Assembly (NCBI GenBank): GCA_963796835.1
Contig: CAWCND010000009.1
Span: 38,859 to 102,858, forward strand
Length of the DNA stretch: 64,000 bases
Direction of reading: 5' to 3'
DNA from: Candidatus Aminicenantes bacterium
GTDB taxonomy: Bacteria; Acidobacteriota; Aminicenantia; Aminicenantales; Saccharicenantaceae
In this document: positions 51,271-62,851 of the stretch, in pieces
How positions within the stretch are numbered: position 1 is the first letter of the stretch
Layout of the letters: the number at the start of each line of letters is the position of its first letter
Made by a program: the position numbers and the translations under genes
Notes under the pieces: model-generated
Databases searched by the model: none
What the model was told of the DNA's origin: nothing
What the model saw: only the letters and a program-made list of their open reading frames with translations

Positions 51271-51808
51271 CCCTCATTATACATAAAAGAGGACCCGTCC
51301 CGCTTCGTTGCTCTGTCACACTTCCGGAAAATATCTGGATCAAGAGGGACTGTCCCTGAAAGCGGGAAAGCCCCCTTTACCGGTGACGCGGATGCGGGGA
51401 GCGTGAGGCGGAGCGATGATGGATGGAGACGCACACGGAGAGGACGCCTCCGGCGGGACGAGAGCCAAAGGCCGAAGGGGAAGGGCTGGAACGTCATGTG
51501 CGGCTTAGCGCAAGCCGCACTCTGGAGTGAAGGCCATCCCCGAGGCCTTCGGCTGCTCGCTGGGGCAGGACCCCCGACCTTGACATACGAGGGATTGAGG
51601 CGAGCGCAGGCCTTGGGGACGTCCGCCGCCGTCCTGCTCCGGGCAGCCGGCCAGTGCGCCCCCCTCCGGGCCCAAAGCGGTGGCGCCGGGGTCATCCGAA
51701 AGACCCCGTTTGGAGAGGGACCCGGCGGGATTTCCGACGGGGGAACCGGGACAGGTTCCCGGGGCCGGGGGATAAGGGTGACCCGGGTGCCACCCCAATT
51801 GAGTGTGC

Positions 51809-52244
51809 TTAAGCCTTGGGGGCGGCCTCGGGAGCGGTGCCCGGCTTCGGAACGGCCGCCTTGGGCTTGATGACGGCCCGGGCGTAGACCCATGCCTTCT
51901 TCAGGTTGTGCCGGTCGAAATCGGCGATCTCGAAGAGGCTGTCCATGTCCATGGCCTTCGGGGTCGTCGGGCAGGAATCCACGCACTGGGCACAGTGGAT
52001 GCAGCGGTCGTTGTGGATGACCATCCGGAACGTCTTCTCGGCCTCGTTGACCGACGTGATCTCGATGGCCTCGGCCGGGCAGTCGCGCTCGCAGGCCCGG
52101 CAGACGATGCACATGTCCGGGTGGAGGAACGGGGTGCCCCGGAAGTCCTTCGGGCACTTCGAGCTTCTTGAAGGGGTAATCGACGGTCGCCGGTTTTTTG
52201 AAGAGACTGCGGAGGAGTTCGGGGAGGAAGGCCGCGATTTTCAT
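51809..52244 (-). CDS. NuoI-like 2x[4Fe-4S] ferredoxin subunit of the membrane hydrogenase (frameshifted)
   Basis: CIVCRACERDCP and CIHCAQCVDSCP cluster motifs. The N-terminus MKIAAFLPELLRSLFKKPATVDYPF lies in another frame. Confidence 0.75.
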
Positions 52245-52261
52245 TGCAGGAATCCCTTCAG

Positions 52262-53218
52262 GAGGATGACGATCAGGAGCTGAAGCACGGCCAGCGGGGC
52301 CAGGTATTTCCAGGCCACGGTGACGACCTGGTCGACCCGGATCCGGGAGGTCAGGGCCCGGAGGAGCGACCAGGAGGAAGATGATGAAGAGGGTCTTGAT
52401 CGACGAAATGCAGGAACCCGATGACCGCTCCGCCAGGAAACCCGCCCAGGAAGACGGCGGCCAGGAGGCCGCTCGCGACGACGAGCTCGATGTCGATCAT
52501 CAGCCGGAAGAAGGCCAGCTTCTTGCCCGAGTACTCGGTGAACGTCCCGCCGACGATCTCGGTCTCGGCGTGGGGGATGTCGAAGGGCGTCCGCTCCAGC
52601 TTGGCCTGGACGGCGATGACGGCGACGACGAAGCCGAGGAGGTTCGGCAGGATGAGGAGCGGCTTGTTCTGGTAGAAGGCGGCGATCTCGGCCAGGCGCC
52701 AGGAGTTGGCCAGGATGGCCGGGCTGAGGACGGACAGGAAGAGCGGCACCTCATAGCCGAAGAGCATGGTCAGGACGCGGGAGCCGCCGATCGTCGAGAA
52801 GGGGTTGGTCGAGGACCAGGCGGCCAGGAAAAGGATCAGGGTCGGCAGGCTCAGGAGGTAGAGGATGACGATGATGTCGCCCGGAGAACGACGTCATGCC
52901 GGGCGCGGCCAGGTCGAAGTTCCAGACCGGGAGCAGCAGCGCCGGCCGTGGACACGACGGCCAGGCCGAAGACCGGCAGGAGCGATGAACAGCCGCCTTG
53001 TCGGCGGCCTCGGGCACGATGTCCTCCTTGGCCAGGAGCTTGACGAAGTCGGCGATGGGCTGGAGGAGGCCGAAGCGGCCGGTGTGGGTCGGGCCCATCC
53101 GGTTCTGGAGCCGGGCGTAGACCTTCCGGTCGAACCACTCGCAGAACGTGGAGTAGACGAAAAGGAAGAGGAGCCCGGGATAGACGAGGAGATAGAGGAG
53201 TGTTCTCAGAACGGCCAT
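52262..53218 (-). CDS. NuoH-like membrane subunit (HycD/EchB/MbhM family), frameshifted
   Basis: [35 protein letters not shown] is the NuoH signature. Confidence 0.75.
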
Positions 53219-54411
53219 ACCGCATTCCTTTTCAGGGGGGGCGTTTTATGGTGCTCGATCGCCCGCCGGCGAAGGTCGCTCAAGCGGACGGTCGTCTCTT
53301 CGCCGCTCCGGGCGTTGACCAGGCTCACGGTCCGCTCCGCGCAGCAGATGCAGGGGTCGATGGCGGCGAAGATCAGGGGGATGTCGGCGATGAACCCGTG
53401 GCGGAGCATCTCCACCGTGGCCGGGTAGTTGGCCAGCGTCGGGGCCCGGACCTTGAGCCGCTCGGGCTTGTCGGTGCCGTTGCTCTTGATGTAGTGCATG
53501 TTCTCCCCGCGGGGGGCCTCGTAGCGGCTGACGACCTCGTTCGGGCTTGGCCTTCCGGGGCGCCTTGACGGCGATGTCGCCGGCGGGCAGGTTCTGGAGG
53601 ATCTACTCGATGATCTTGTAGGATTCGAGGAGCTCCTTGACGCGGACGACGACCCGGCCCGAGGACGTCGCAGGTGTCGGCCGTGCCGACCTCGAAGTGC
53701 ATCTCGTCGTAGACGGCGTAAGGGTCTTCCTTGCGGACGTCCCGGGTGATGCCCGAGGCCCGGGCCGTGGGGCCGACGGCGCAGAGGCTCGACGGCCTGC
53801 TCTTTGGTCAGGGGGCCGACGCCGGCGATCCGGCCGACGAAGCTCGGCTCGTTGGCGCCGATGTGGAAATAGTATTCGCTCCGCTTCCTGAGGACCACGA
53901 CGCCTTCGAGGATCTTGGCCTTCTGGCCCTCGTCGATGTCGCGGCGGACGCCGCCGAGGGTGTTGATGGCGTAGTGGACGCGGTTGCCGGAGATGAGCTC
54001 CAGGAGGTCCATGACGATCTCGCGGTCCCGCCAGGTGTACATGAAAAAGGAGTCGAAACCGGCCTCGTGGCCGGCGACGCCGAGCCAGAGGAGGTGGCTA
54101 TGGACGCGCTCGAGCTCGGAGACGAGGTAGCGGATGTACAGGCCCCGCTTGGGCGGAACGATCTCCATGAGCTTCTCCACGCCCTGGACGAAACAGGTGG
54201 CGTGGGAGTGGGAGCAGATGCCGCAGATCCGCTCGGTCAGGTAGATGTTCTGGATCCAGGTCTTTTCCTCGGCCAGCTTCTCCAGGCCGCGGTGGTTGTA
54301 GCCCAGGCGGATGTCGGCGTCCTGGATGACCTCGCCCTCGACGGTCATCCGCAGGCTGATGGGCTCCTTGAGGGCCGGGTGCTGGGGGCCGATGGGGATT
54401 TGGAACTTCAT
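53206..54411 (-). CDS. [NiFe] hydrogenase large subunit, group 4 (NuoD-like), with both Ni-binding motifs
   Basis: L1 motif [11 protein letters not shown]2 motif DPCICCAER, and a ~40 aa C-terminal extension (substrate for HycI). Confidence 0.85.
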   Translation of the reverse strand: MKFQIPIGPQHPALKEPISLRMTVEGEVIQDADIRLGYNHRGLEKLAEEKTWIQNIYLTERICGICSHSHATCFVQGVEKLMEIVPPKRGLYIRYLVSELERVHSHLLWLGVAGHEAGFDSFFMYTWRDREIVMDLLELISGNRVHYAINTLGGVRRDIDEGQKAKILEGVVVLRKRSEYYFHIGANEPSFVGRIAGVGPLTKEQAVEPLRRRPHGPGLGHHPGRPQGRPLRRLRRDALRGRHGRHLRRPRAGSSSASRSSSNPTRSSSRSSRTCPPATSPSRRPGRPSPNEVVSRYEAPRGENMHYIKSNGTDKPERLKVRAPTLANYPATVEMLRHGFIADIPLIFAAIDPCICCAERTVSLVNARSGEETTVRLSDLRRRAIEHHKTPPLKRNAVWPF

Positions 54412-54419
54412 GACTTGCC

Positions 54420-54882
54420 TCCGGGGATGATCTCCGGCGGCCGCTCGAACTTCCAGTCCTTGCGCAGAGGGAAGTTCCCGGCCGGCCAGTCGTCCGGCAT
54501 GACGAGGGGGCGGGGGTCCGGGAGGCGGTCGACGACGAGGCCGAACATGTCCTGGAGCTCCCGCTCGTAAAGGATGGCCCCGGGGATGACGGCGCGTGAT
54601 GCTGTCGATATGGGGAGAGGCCTTGGGGATCTCGGTCCGGACGTTGATGTTGGCCGCCGGGCTGGCGAAGTGGTAGAGGATCTCGAACGCTTCGCCCTTG
54701 TCCAGGCCGCTGATCGTGGCCAGGTAGGCGCAGTCGTACTTGTCGCGGAGGAGGGTCACGGCCGCGACGAGGTCGCCGGGGCCGACCTTGAGGAAGATGC
54801 GCCGGCGGTCGGGGTTCGTGACCTCCAGGGCTTCGGCGCCCAGGTCCCGCTTGAGCCTTTCGATGATCTCAGCATCGGTCAT
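54420..54882 (-). CDS. NuoC-like (30 kDa) subunit, possibly fused in frame to the large subunit (HycE-like)
   Basis: Complex1_30kDa-like N-terminus (MTDAEIIERLKRDLG..., DCAYLATISGLD). No stop codon before the [12 protein letters not shown] start of the large subunit in this assembly. Confidence 0.55.
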
Positions 54883-54898
54883 GGCGTGTCCTCGAAAC

Positions 54899-55318
54899 CT
54901 AGAGTTTTCCCAGGAGCTTGACGACGCCGTCCAGGATGGCGTCCGGCCGGGCCGGGCAGCCCGGAACGTAGACGTTCACCGGGATGACCTGATCGATCCC
55001 TCCCATGATATTGTACGCCCCGCGGTAGACGCAGCCGGACATGGCGCAGGCCCCGACGGCGATGACGAACTTGGGGTCCGGGACCTGGTCGTAGATCCGG
55101 ATGATCCGGTCCTTGATCTGCCGGGTGACCGGGCCGCTGGCGACGATGACGTCGGCGTGGCGCGGCGTCGCCTTGAGGAGGACGCCGAAGCGCTCGACGT
55201 CGAAGCGGGGCGTCAGGGCGGCGACGATCTCGATATCGCAGGCGTTGCAGGCGCCCGAGTTGAGGTGGAGGATCCATGGCGACTTGATCCTCGACCACCG
55301 GACCAGCTTGTTCAGCAT
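54899..55318 (-). CDS. NuoB-like hydrogenase small subunit (20 kDa, [4Fe-4S] N2-type)
   Basis: SGACNACDIE, GACAMSGCVY and PGCPARP cysteine motifs. Confidence 0.85.
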   Translation of the reverse strand: MLNKLVRWSRIKSPWILHLNSGACNACDIEIVAALTPRFDVERFGVLLKATPRHADVIVASGPVTRQIKDRIIRIYDQVPDPKFVIAVGACAMSGCVYRGAYNIMGGIDQVIPVNVYVPGCPARPDAILDGVVKLLGKL

Positions 55319-55379
55319 GTTAGCTCCTTGTGATGAGGGCCATGATGGACAGGAATATCATCAGGAGGTAGAAGATCGG

Positions 55380-55653
55380 CGAAGAAGATGATCTTGCCCG
55401 AAGGAACCGTGGCGATGACCAGGGTCGCAACGTGCATGATCGTGAAGAACAGGGCGACGAAGAAGAACAGCCGGTAGCCGAACTGGATCTTGACGCCCGG
55501 GATGTCCTCGCCGCAGGCGTAGGTCGCGAGCTTGCCGCCGACCTTGGTCAGCTTGGGGGCCATCTTCGAGCCCAAGCCGTAGAGGAGAAAGGCCGCTCCG
55601 AGGAAGAGGAGAAAGGCGACCGGCGGGGAGAGGAGAAGTTCGATTCCCTTCAT
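55380..55653 (-). CDS. NuoA-like small membrane subunit (C-terminus disturbed)
   Basis: YACGEDIPG resembles NuoA Y-E-C-G-F. Sits immediately upstream of nuoB-like. Confidence 0.4.
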
Positions 55654-55656
55654 GGC

Positions 55657-55965
55657 TTACCCTTTCAGTTTGGCCAGCTTCCGGACGTCCAGGCTCTTCG
55701 TGTGCCGGTAAATATTGATGATGATGGCCAGGGCCGTGGCGACGAGGCTGACCTCGATGACGATGAAGGTGACGACCAGGGCCTGGGCGACCAGGATGTT
55801 CCCCTTGGCGAAGCCGGTGGCGAGAAGGAGGAGGCTCACGCCCTTGCTGACGACCTCGATCGCGATGAAGAGCCGGATCAGATTCCGCTTGGAGAGGAGG
55901 GCGTAGAGCCCGGCGAAGACCAGGCCGGCCGAGAAGAACAGGTAGAGGTACCAGGTGTTAGTCAT
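55657..55965 (-). CDS. NuoK-like (MnhC-like) membrane subunit
   Basis: NLIRLFIAIEVVSKGVSLLL...VIEVSLVATALAII matches NuoK. Confidence 0.7.
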   Translation of the reverse strand: MTNTWYLYLFFSAGLVFAGLYALLSKRNLIRLFIAIEVVSKGVSLLLLATGFAKGNILVAQALVVTFIVIEVSLVATALAIIINIYRHTKSLDVRKLAKLKG

Positions 55966-56440
55966 GTTTGTCTCTCTTCCGGAACAGGGCCAGGACGGAG
56001 AAGACACCCGCCAGGATGACGGCGATCTGGCCGACGAGGTCCAGGGTCCTCCCTTTCCAGAGGACCTCTCCGAACGTGCCCGTTTCGGGTCCCGAGGGCA
56101 GGGCCGGGATCTTCTGGAGAAGGCCCTTCATGACCAGGGCATCGATGATGACGAAGATGACGAAGAAGAGCGGGAAGATGACGTTCGCGAGGCGCGATTC
56201 CCGGACCTCCTCGCCCGTGTTCGTCAGGGCGATGGTCAGGATGAACAGGACCGTGATCAGGCCCGCGACGACGGAGATCTCAAAGACGCCCGCGTAGGAG
56301 GCGCCCATCCGGAAGAAGATGATCCCCAGGAGAAGGCTGGCCACGGCCAGGGAGATCGCCGCCCGGATCAGGTCCTTGAGAAAGATCGCCAGGACCGAGA
56401 AGAGTACCATGCCGATGAGGAGCGCTGTTTGGACAATCAT
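55958..56440 (-). CDS. NuoJ-like membrane subunit
   Basis: AISLAVASLLLGIIFFRMGASYAGVFEISVVAGLITVLFIL aligns with E. coli NuoJ ALLYLIISLLAISGVFFSLGAYFAGALEIIVYAGAIMVLFVF. Confidence 0.65.
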   Translation of the reverse strand: MIVQTALLIGMVLFSVLAIFLKDLIRAAISLAVASLLLGIIFFRMGASYAGVFEISVVAGLITVLFILTIALTNTGEEVRESRLANVIFPLFFVIFVIIDALVMKGLLQKIPALPSGPETGTFGEVLWKGRTLDLVGQIAVILAGVFSVLALFRKRDKHD

Positions 56441-56443
56441 CTT

Positions 56444-57926
56444 CTATAATCCCCACGAACGGATCACGGCCTGGACCCCCTCCGCCAGCACGCCGGCGGC
56501 GGGCTGGATCCAGGATTTGATGGTCACCGAGAAGAAGATGCCGATCCCGACGCAAAGGGAGGCCAGCAAGACGGTCGAGGCGGTCATCCAGAAGGGCGCC
56601 TCCTTCACGGCGGCCCATCTCTCGTTGAGCTTTCCGAAGAAGGCCTTGCGCTGGATGAGGAGGTAATACCAGAGGGTCAGGACCGAGGCCAGTACGGCGA
56701 TCAAGGCGAAGACGGGGTGCCCCGCCTGGATGAGGGCCATGATGATGAGGAGCTTGGACCAGAAGCCGTTGAGGGGCGGGACGCCGGCGATCGACAGGGA
56801 GCCGATGAGGTTCGTGGCCGCGGTGAAAGGCATCCGCTTGGCCAGGCCGCCCATCTCGTCGAGGTTGCGGGTGCCGGTGGCCTGCTGGATGGAGCCGGAG
56901 GTCAAGAACAGGAGCCCCTTGGCCAGGGCGTGGTTGAACAGGTGGAAGAGCCCGCCGGCGATGCCGAGCGGCGTCCCGAGGCCGATCCCCAGGACGATGT
57001 AGCCGACCTGGCTGATCGAGGAATAGGCCAGCATCCGCTTGATGTCTTTCTGGCCCAGGGCCAGGAAGGCGGCGACGACCAGGGATACGGTGCCGAGGGT
57101 CATCAGGACACTGGACAGGGCCGGCGTCAGGCCGAAGACGTTGAGGAAGACCCGGGTCAGGGCGTAGACGCCCGAGACCTTGATCAGCAGGCCCGACAGG
57201 ACGGCCGAGATCGGGGCCGGGGCCGAGGGGTGGGCGTCCGGCAGCCAGGCGTGGAAGGGGACGAGGGCCGCCTTCAGCCCGAAGCCCATGATGAAGAGGG
57301 CCGCGCAGATGCCGACGACCGGGCCGGCGTTGAGGTCTTGGAGGGCCCTGGCCACGGCCGGCGAAGCTCAGGCTGCCGGTCATGCCGAAGATGACGGCGA
57401 TGCTGACCAGGATGAAGGCCGAGGCCACGACGGACAGCAGGAGGTACTTGAAGGCCGCCTCGAGCTCGTCCTGCCCGAGGCCGAAGGCCACCAGGGCGTA
57501 GGAGGCGACGGCGGCCACCTCGAGAAAGACGTAGATGTTGAAAAGGTCCGTGGCCAGGACGAGGCCGTTCATCCCGGCGATCATGATCAGGAGCAGGGCG
57601 TAATAATTCGCCTTGGCCCCGTAGTGCTCCATGTAGTCGATCGAGAACAGGCTGACGCAAAGCCCGACCAGGGAGATGGCCATGAGCATGAGCAGGCTGA
57701 ACCCGTCGAGGGCCAGGCGGAGGTTGACGGTCTCCCCGAGCCAGGTCAGCTTCTGGAGGGCGGGTCCGTTCCCGATGAGCGGCCGGCCGACGGCCACGGC
57801 GTAGACGAGCAAGAAGAGAAGGGCCGCGTTGGCCAGCAGGTCCGGCACGACCCTCCGGGAGACCTTGCCGACGAGCGGCAGGACTCCCGCCACGATGAGC
57901 GGCAGGGCAACGAAGAGAATGATCAA
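56444..57926 (-). CDS. NuoM/N-like antiporter subunit (Proton_antipo_M family), one frameshift
   Basis: ORF 56444..57355 (C-terminal) plus the N-terminal part of ORF 56280..57926. Confidence 0.8.
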
Positions 57927-57979
57927 CGCTCCTCCTCGATCTTCACAAACTCTTCCGAACGATCTATGGAATCAATCGG

Positions 57980-59854
57980 CTATTTCGTGAGCATGGAGAT
58001 GACCCCGGCCACGATGATGAGGCCGGCCAGGCACCAGGCCAGGTAATTCGCGTAGTGCCCGTTGTGGGCCTTCTTCAGGATCCCGGTGAACTTCCCGCCC
58101 ACGGCCGTGACGGCCTTCTCGAAGACGAAGTCGATGGGCCGGTCGACCGCCTTGAACAGGACCATGGACAGCCCCCGGAGGAACTTCACGCCCTGCTCGT
58201 AGAGGTCGAACACCCGCGCTTCGGCCAGATCGTAGAGCTTATGGAGGACCGGGCAGGTTGTGGACCGGCTCGGAGGCCAGGTAGGGCTTGCGCCCCGACT
58301 TCCGGAAGCCGTAGGCGTGGAGGAGGAAGGCTAGGACCAGGCAGGCCAGGGAGATGAGGGCGATGGGGTTGACGAGGGCCAGGGCGTGGGCCGTGAAGTC
58401 GACAGGCTCGCCCGCCTCGACGTGGCCCGCCAGGATCGGCTGGATGAACAGGGTCAGGGGCAGCTTGTTGAAGACGCCGAAGATGATGCAGAGCAGGGCC
58501 AGGATCGAGGATCGGGATAACGACGGGCGCCTGGCTTTCCTTGACCGGCCGGGACCTCCTTCGTCCGTTCGCCGAAGAAGACCGAGTGGCCGGCCTTGAG
58601 GAACGAGGCGAAGGTGAAGATCGCCCCGACCCAGGCGGCGATGGCGAAGACGATGTAGCCGGTCTCGATCGCGCCGTGGAAGACCATCTCCTTGGAGACG
58701 AACCCGTTGAGCGGCCAGACGCCCGAGATGGCCAGGGCGCAGACGGAGAAGCCGAACGCGGTCAAGGGCATCTCCTTGCCAGAGCCGCCGAGCTTCTTGA
58801 GCTCGGTCGTCCCGGTCCGGTGCTCGACCGAGCCGGCGCTCAGGAAGAGCCCGCACTTGTACATGGCGTGGTTGATCATGTGGAAGAGGCCGCCGGCGAT
58901 GCCGATGGGGATGCCCGTGCCGATGCCCAGGACCATGTAGCCGACCTGGCTGATGGCGTGGAAGGACAGCAGCTTCTTGAAGTCCTTCTGGATGAGGGCC
59001 ATGAACACGGCCAGGACGATGGTCACCGCGCCGATGGTCATCATCAGGATCGACAGGCCGCTGCCCGGCTCGATCTTGAAGAAATCGAGGGTGATGCCGG
59101 GCCAGCAGGTAGATGCCCAGGAGCTTTTCGAAGGCGGCCGGCAGGAAGGCCATGAAGGTCACGGGCGCGTCGAGGGCGGCGTCGGGGATCCAGGTGTGGA
59201 AGGGCATGGCGCCGGCCTTGCCGATGGCGCCGATCATCATCAGGACGAAGGCCGCCGCGGCCAGGCCCGTCGGGCTCGACCGAGATCTCGGACATCGTCA
59301 GCGTGCCGGACAGCGACCAGAGGAGGCCGATGCCCAGGATCATGCAGAAATCGCAGAAGCCGCTGATCAGGAGGGCCTTGACCGCGGTCCGGCTCGACGT
59401 CGGCTTGCCGCCGATGGTGATCAGGCCGTACAGGGTCACGAGCAGCCCTTCCCAGAAGAAGAGGAGGGGCACGAAATTGTTGGCCAGGACCGCGCCGTTG
59501 GCGAAGGCGGCCGTCAGGAAAACGTAGGCGTAATATTCCCGGACCCGCGGGGCGTCCTTCATCTTGACCGTCGAATAGAGCGTGATCAGGACGAGGAACC
59601 CGCGACAGGGCGAGCAGGATGAAGCTCGAAAAGTGGAACAGGCGAAGCTCGAAATCGATCCCCATTCCGAGCCAGGGGACGCTCAGCTCGAGGTTCTTCA
59701 CCGAGAAGAAGACGAACGCGTAATAGAGGAGGGCTGCGGACCCGGCGACGGCCAGCAGTTCGCGGAGGAGCCTGACCCCCTTGGGGATGAGGAGAAGGAC
59801 GACGGCGAGGACCGCGGGCAGAAGGACCGGCAGAAGGAGCATTTTGGGCGTCAT
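57980..59854 (-). CDS. NuoL-like antiporter subunit including the C-terminal long helix and last TM (frameshifted)
   Basis: The N-terminal fragment runs in ORFs 59240..59866 and 59044..59562, the core in 58454..59044. The separate 77 aa ORF 57980..58213 matches the NuoL C-terminal helix and TM16. Confidence 0.7.
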
Positions 59855-61282
59855 CGGAGCCACCAACTCATCTGGGCCGTCGCAACGCTGACGAGTTTCA
59901 TGGGAAACGAGACGAGAAGGCCGGCCGCCAGGCTGAGGACGGCCAGGGTCGCGACGACAAAGACCATGGATTTCGTTTTTTCAGGGGCCGGATGCTTGGC
60001 CTCACCCAGGAAAACCAGGCTGAAGACCTTCAGCAGGTAGAACATCGTCAGGACGGCGGTGAACAGGGCCGTCCCGGCCAGCCAGACCTGGCCCGCTTGA
60101 AGGGTGCCCATGATCACCAGGAACTTGGAGAAGAACCCGCCGAAGGGCGGGATGCCGATGACGGAGAACGCGCAGAAAAGAAAAGCGACCGCGGTGACGG
60201 GCATGGTCCGGATGAGGCCGCCCATCTCCCGGATGTCCTTGGTGTGGGTCGCGTGGATGACGATCCCGGCGCAGAGGAAGAGGCCGGCCTTGGCCAGGCC
60301 GTGCATCAGGATGAAGAGCAGGGACCCGGAGATGCCGGCCGCGTTGGCCATGCTGAAGCCCGAGGAAGATGTAGCCGATCTGGCTGACCGTCGAGTAGGC
60401 CAGGATCCGTTTGAAGTCGTTCTCGACGGCGGCCGCGCCCGCGGCGACCAGGCTGGAGACGACCACGACGATGGGGATGATCTGCTGCCATTCGGCCGGG
60501 ATCCTGAAGCCGTAGAGGAAGAGCCGGGCGTAGGCGTAGACGCCGATCTTGACGAGGACGGCGGCGTGGAGGAGGGCCGTGACGGTCGTCGGCGCGACGC
60601 CGGCGTCTGGCAGCCACGTATGCAGGGGCACCGTGGCGGATTTCGAGAACAGGCCAAAGAGGATCAGCAGGACCGCGCTTCCGGGGATGAGGGTCCCCCG
60701 CATGGCGGTGATGTCGAAGGTTTTCGTGACGCCGTAGATCTGGATGAACCCCAGGAGCATGACCACGGCGCCGAAGAAAGTCACGAGGAAGGCCTTGTCC
60801 GCTTTGATGACGAAGTCCCGCTGGCGGTAGAACCCGATCAGGCGCCAGCAGCTGATGGCGATGATCTCCCAGAACAGGTACAGGAAGATGAGGTTGCCGG
60901 AGAAGACGAGCCCCATCATGGCGCCGATGAACAGGAGGACCATCAGGTAGTATTCGTTCTGGTGCTCCTCGTGGTGGATGTAGCCGATGGAATAGACGAC
61001 GATCAGGCAGCCGACGAACGATGAGACGCAGGCCATGAAGATCGACAGGGGGTCGAGGATGAGGATGACGTCGAGCCCGAGGACGAAGGGCTTGCGGACG
61101 ACCAGATCCCCACCGCCGAGGGCGAACGGGATCAAGGTCAGGGGCAAGACCGCCGTCGCGGCGCTCACCAGGATGGCCCACAGCGACCGGGCGGGCTTGG
61201 AGACGAGGGCCGCCAGCGGGACCGCGAATGAGCCGACGATGGGGACGAGAATCGTGAGGAGGGCGATGGTTTCGACGTTCAT
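59851..61282 (-). CDS. NuoN/M-like antiporter subunit (frameshifted)
   Basis: ORF 60002..61282 (N-terminal) and ORF 59851..60657 (C-terminal) both carry Proton_antipo_M blocks. Confidence 0.8.
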
Positions 61283-61465
61283 GGTGACGATGCCGTTCCT
61301 TATTTTGAGGGGGTAGTATATGGGCGCCCTCGGGAATTGTCAAGAATTTCCACACGTCGTCCTCATCTCTTGCACAGGATTTCCAGAGCAAAATAATATT
61401 TGATTTTTCACCAGGAATCCTGGAATATAGGGAAAAGACGCCGCTTGGAGAGAAAGGGAGAAACC

Positions 61466-62591
61466 ATGGCCATCGAAGTCAAGGAAATCCGATCCCGGAA
61501 GGACCTCAAGACCTTCATTTACCTTCCCGAAAAGATCCACGCCGGGCACGCGAACTGGGTCCATCCCATCTACATGGACGACTGGAAATACTTCGACCCG
61601 AAAAAGAACAAGGCTTTCGGCTACTGCGACACAATCATGCTCCTGGCGTTCAAGGATGGCGCCTGCGTCGGCCGGTGCATGGGGATCATCAATCGCCCGA
61701 TACAACGAACACCGGAACGAAAAGACGGCCCGCTTCGGATACCTGGAAACGTACGAGGACCAGGAAGTCGTCCACGTCCTCCTGGCCAGGATCGAGGACT
61801 GGGCCAGGGCCAAGGGGATGACCCGGATCGTCGGCCCGTACGGCTTCTCGGACCAGGACCCCGAGGGGTTCCTCGTCGAGGGCTTCGACCACCGGGCGAC
61901 CATCGCCACCTACTACAATTTCCCCTGGATGCCCAAGCTCGTCGAGAACGAGGGCTACGTCAAGGACATCGATTATTTCGTTTACAAGATCGACATCCCT
62001 AAGGAGATGCCCGAGTTCTACAAGAAGATCTATGAGCGGGCCGAGAAGAAGGGGGACTTCGAGGTCCTGGAGTTCAAGTCGAAGAAGCAGATCAAGCCCT
62101 GGATCCGGCCGGTCCTGTCGTTGATGAACGAAACCTACATGCAGAACAATATCTACGGCTACGCGCCGCTCGATGAGAAAGAGATGGACGAGCTGGCCAA
62201 GCGCTATCTGCCCGTCCTCAACCCCCACTTCGTCAAGGCCATCACGAAGGATGGCGAGATCGTGGCCTTCATCATCGGCATGCCCGACATGAGCGGGGGG
62301 ATCCAGAAGGCCCGCGGCCGGCTCTTCCCGTTCGGTTTCATCTATATCCTGCGGGCGGCCAAGAAAACGAAACAGCTCGACCTCCTCCTCGGGGCGGTCA
62401 AGGACAAGTACCGGGGCCAGGGCCTGGACGTCGTGATGGGGGTCAAGATGATCCAGTCCGCCCTGGACGCGGGCTACGAGATCATGGACACCCACCACGA
62501 GATGGAGACCAACGTCAAGGTCCGGGGCGAGATGGAGCGGATGGGCGGAAAGATCTATAAGAAATTCCGCGTCCTCCAGAAGGCACTCTAG
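61466..62591 (+). CDS. Tandem GNAT-fold acyltransferase-like protein of unknown function (one frameshift near 61690)
   Basis: Two halves each with GNAT-like beta-alpha topology. The second half carries YRGQGLDVVMG (motif A-like). RBS AGGGAG. Confidence 0.45.
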
Positions 62592-62851
62592 GAAGCGAGG
62601 GCCCGTCCCTGAGAGCGGGCCAGCCCCTCTTGATCCAGATAGTTCCCAGAAGTGCGGCTCCGAGATGCTCCGCCACACTTCTGATGGTCGTTCCTCGGAA
62701 TCCGCTCCCTGCCGGTCCTGCCCGTGTGCGTTCCTGTCAGGCCTTCGGGGATGGCCTCCACTCCAGAGCGCGGTTCTTCACGCCTCCCCGAACCCTTCTT
62801 TCTCGGTGTCTGCGGAACTCGCTCAGCACTCCCTGACCCGCCCCGAATCTT

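Noticed and set aside
51290-51810. Possible RNase P RNA, tmRNA or SRP RNA in the hydrogenase-operon gap
   Set aside because: I looked for hallmark motifs (GGAAAGUCCGGGC / ACAGAACCCGGCUUA for RNase P; GGAUUCGACGGG and a GGUUCGAnUCC T-arm with CCA for tmRNA; GGUCCGGAAGGAAGCAGC for SRP). None is present on either strand.
54411-54882. Calling NuoC-NuoD a definite HycE-type fusion
   Set aside because: No stop separates them in this assembly, but the NuoC-like part itself contains a frameshift, so a lost stop cannot be excluded. Reported as possible only.
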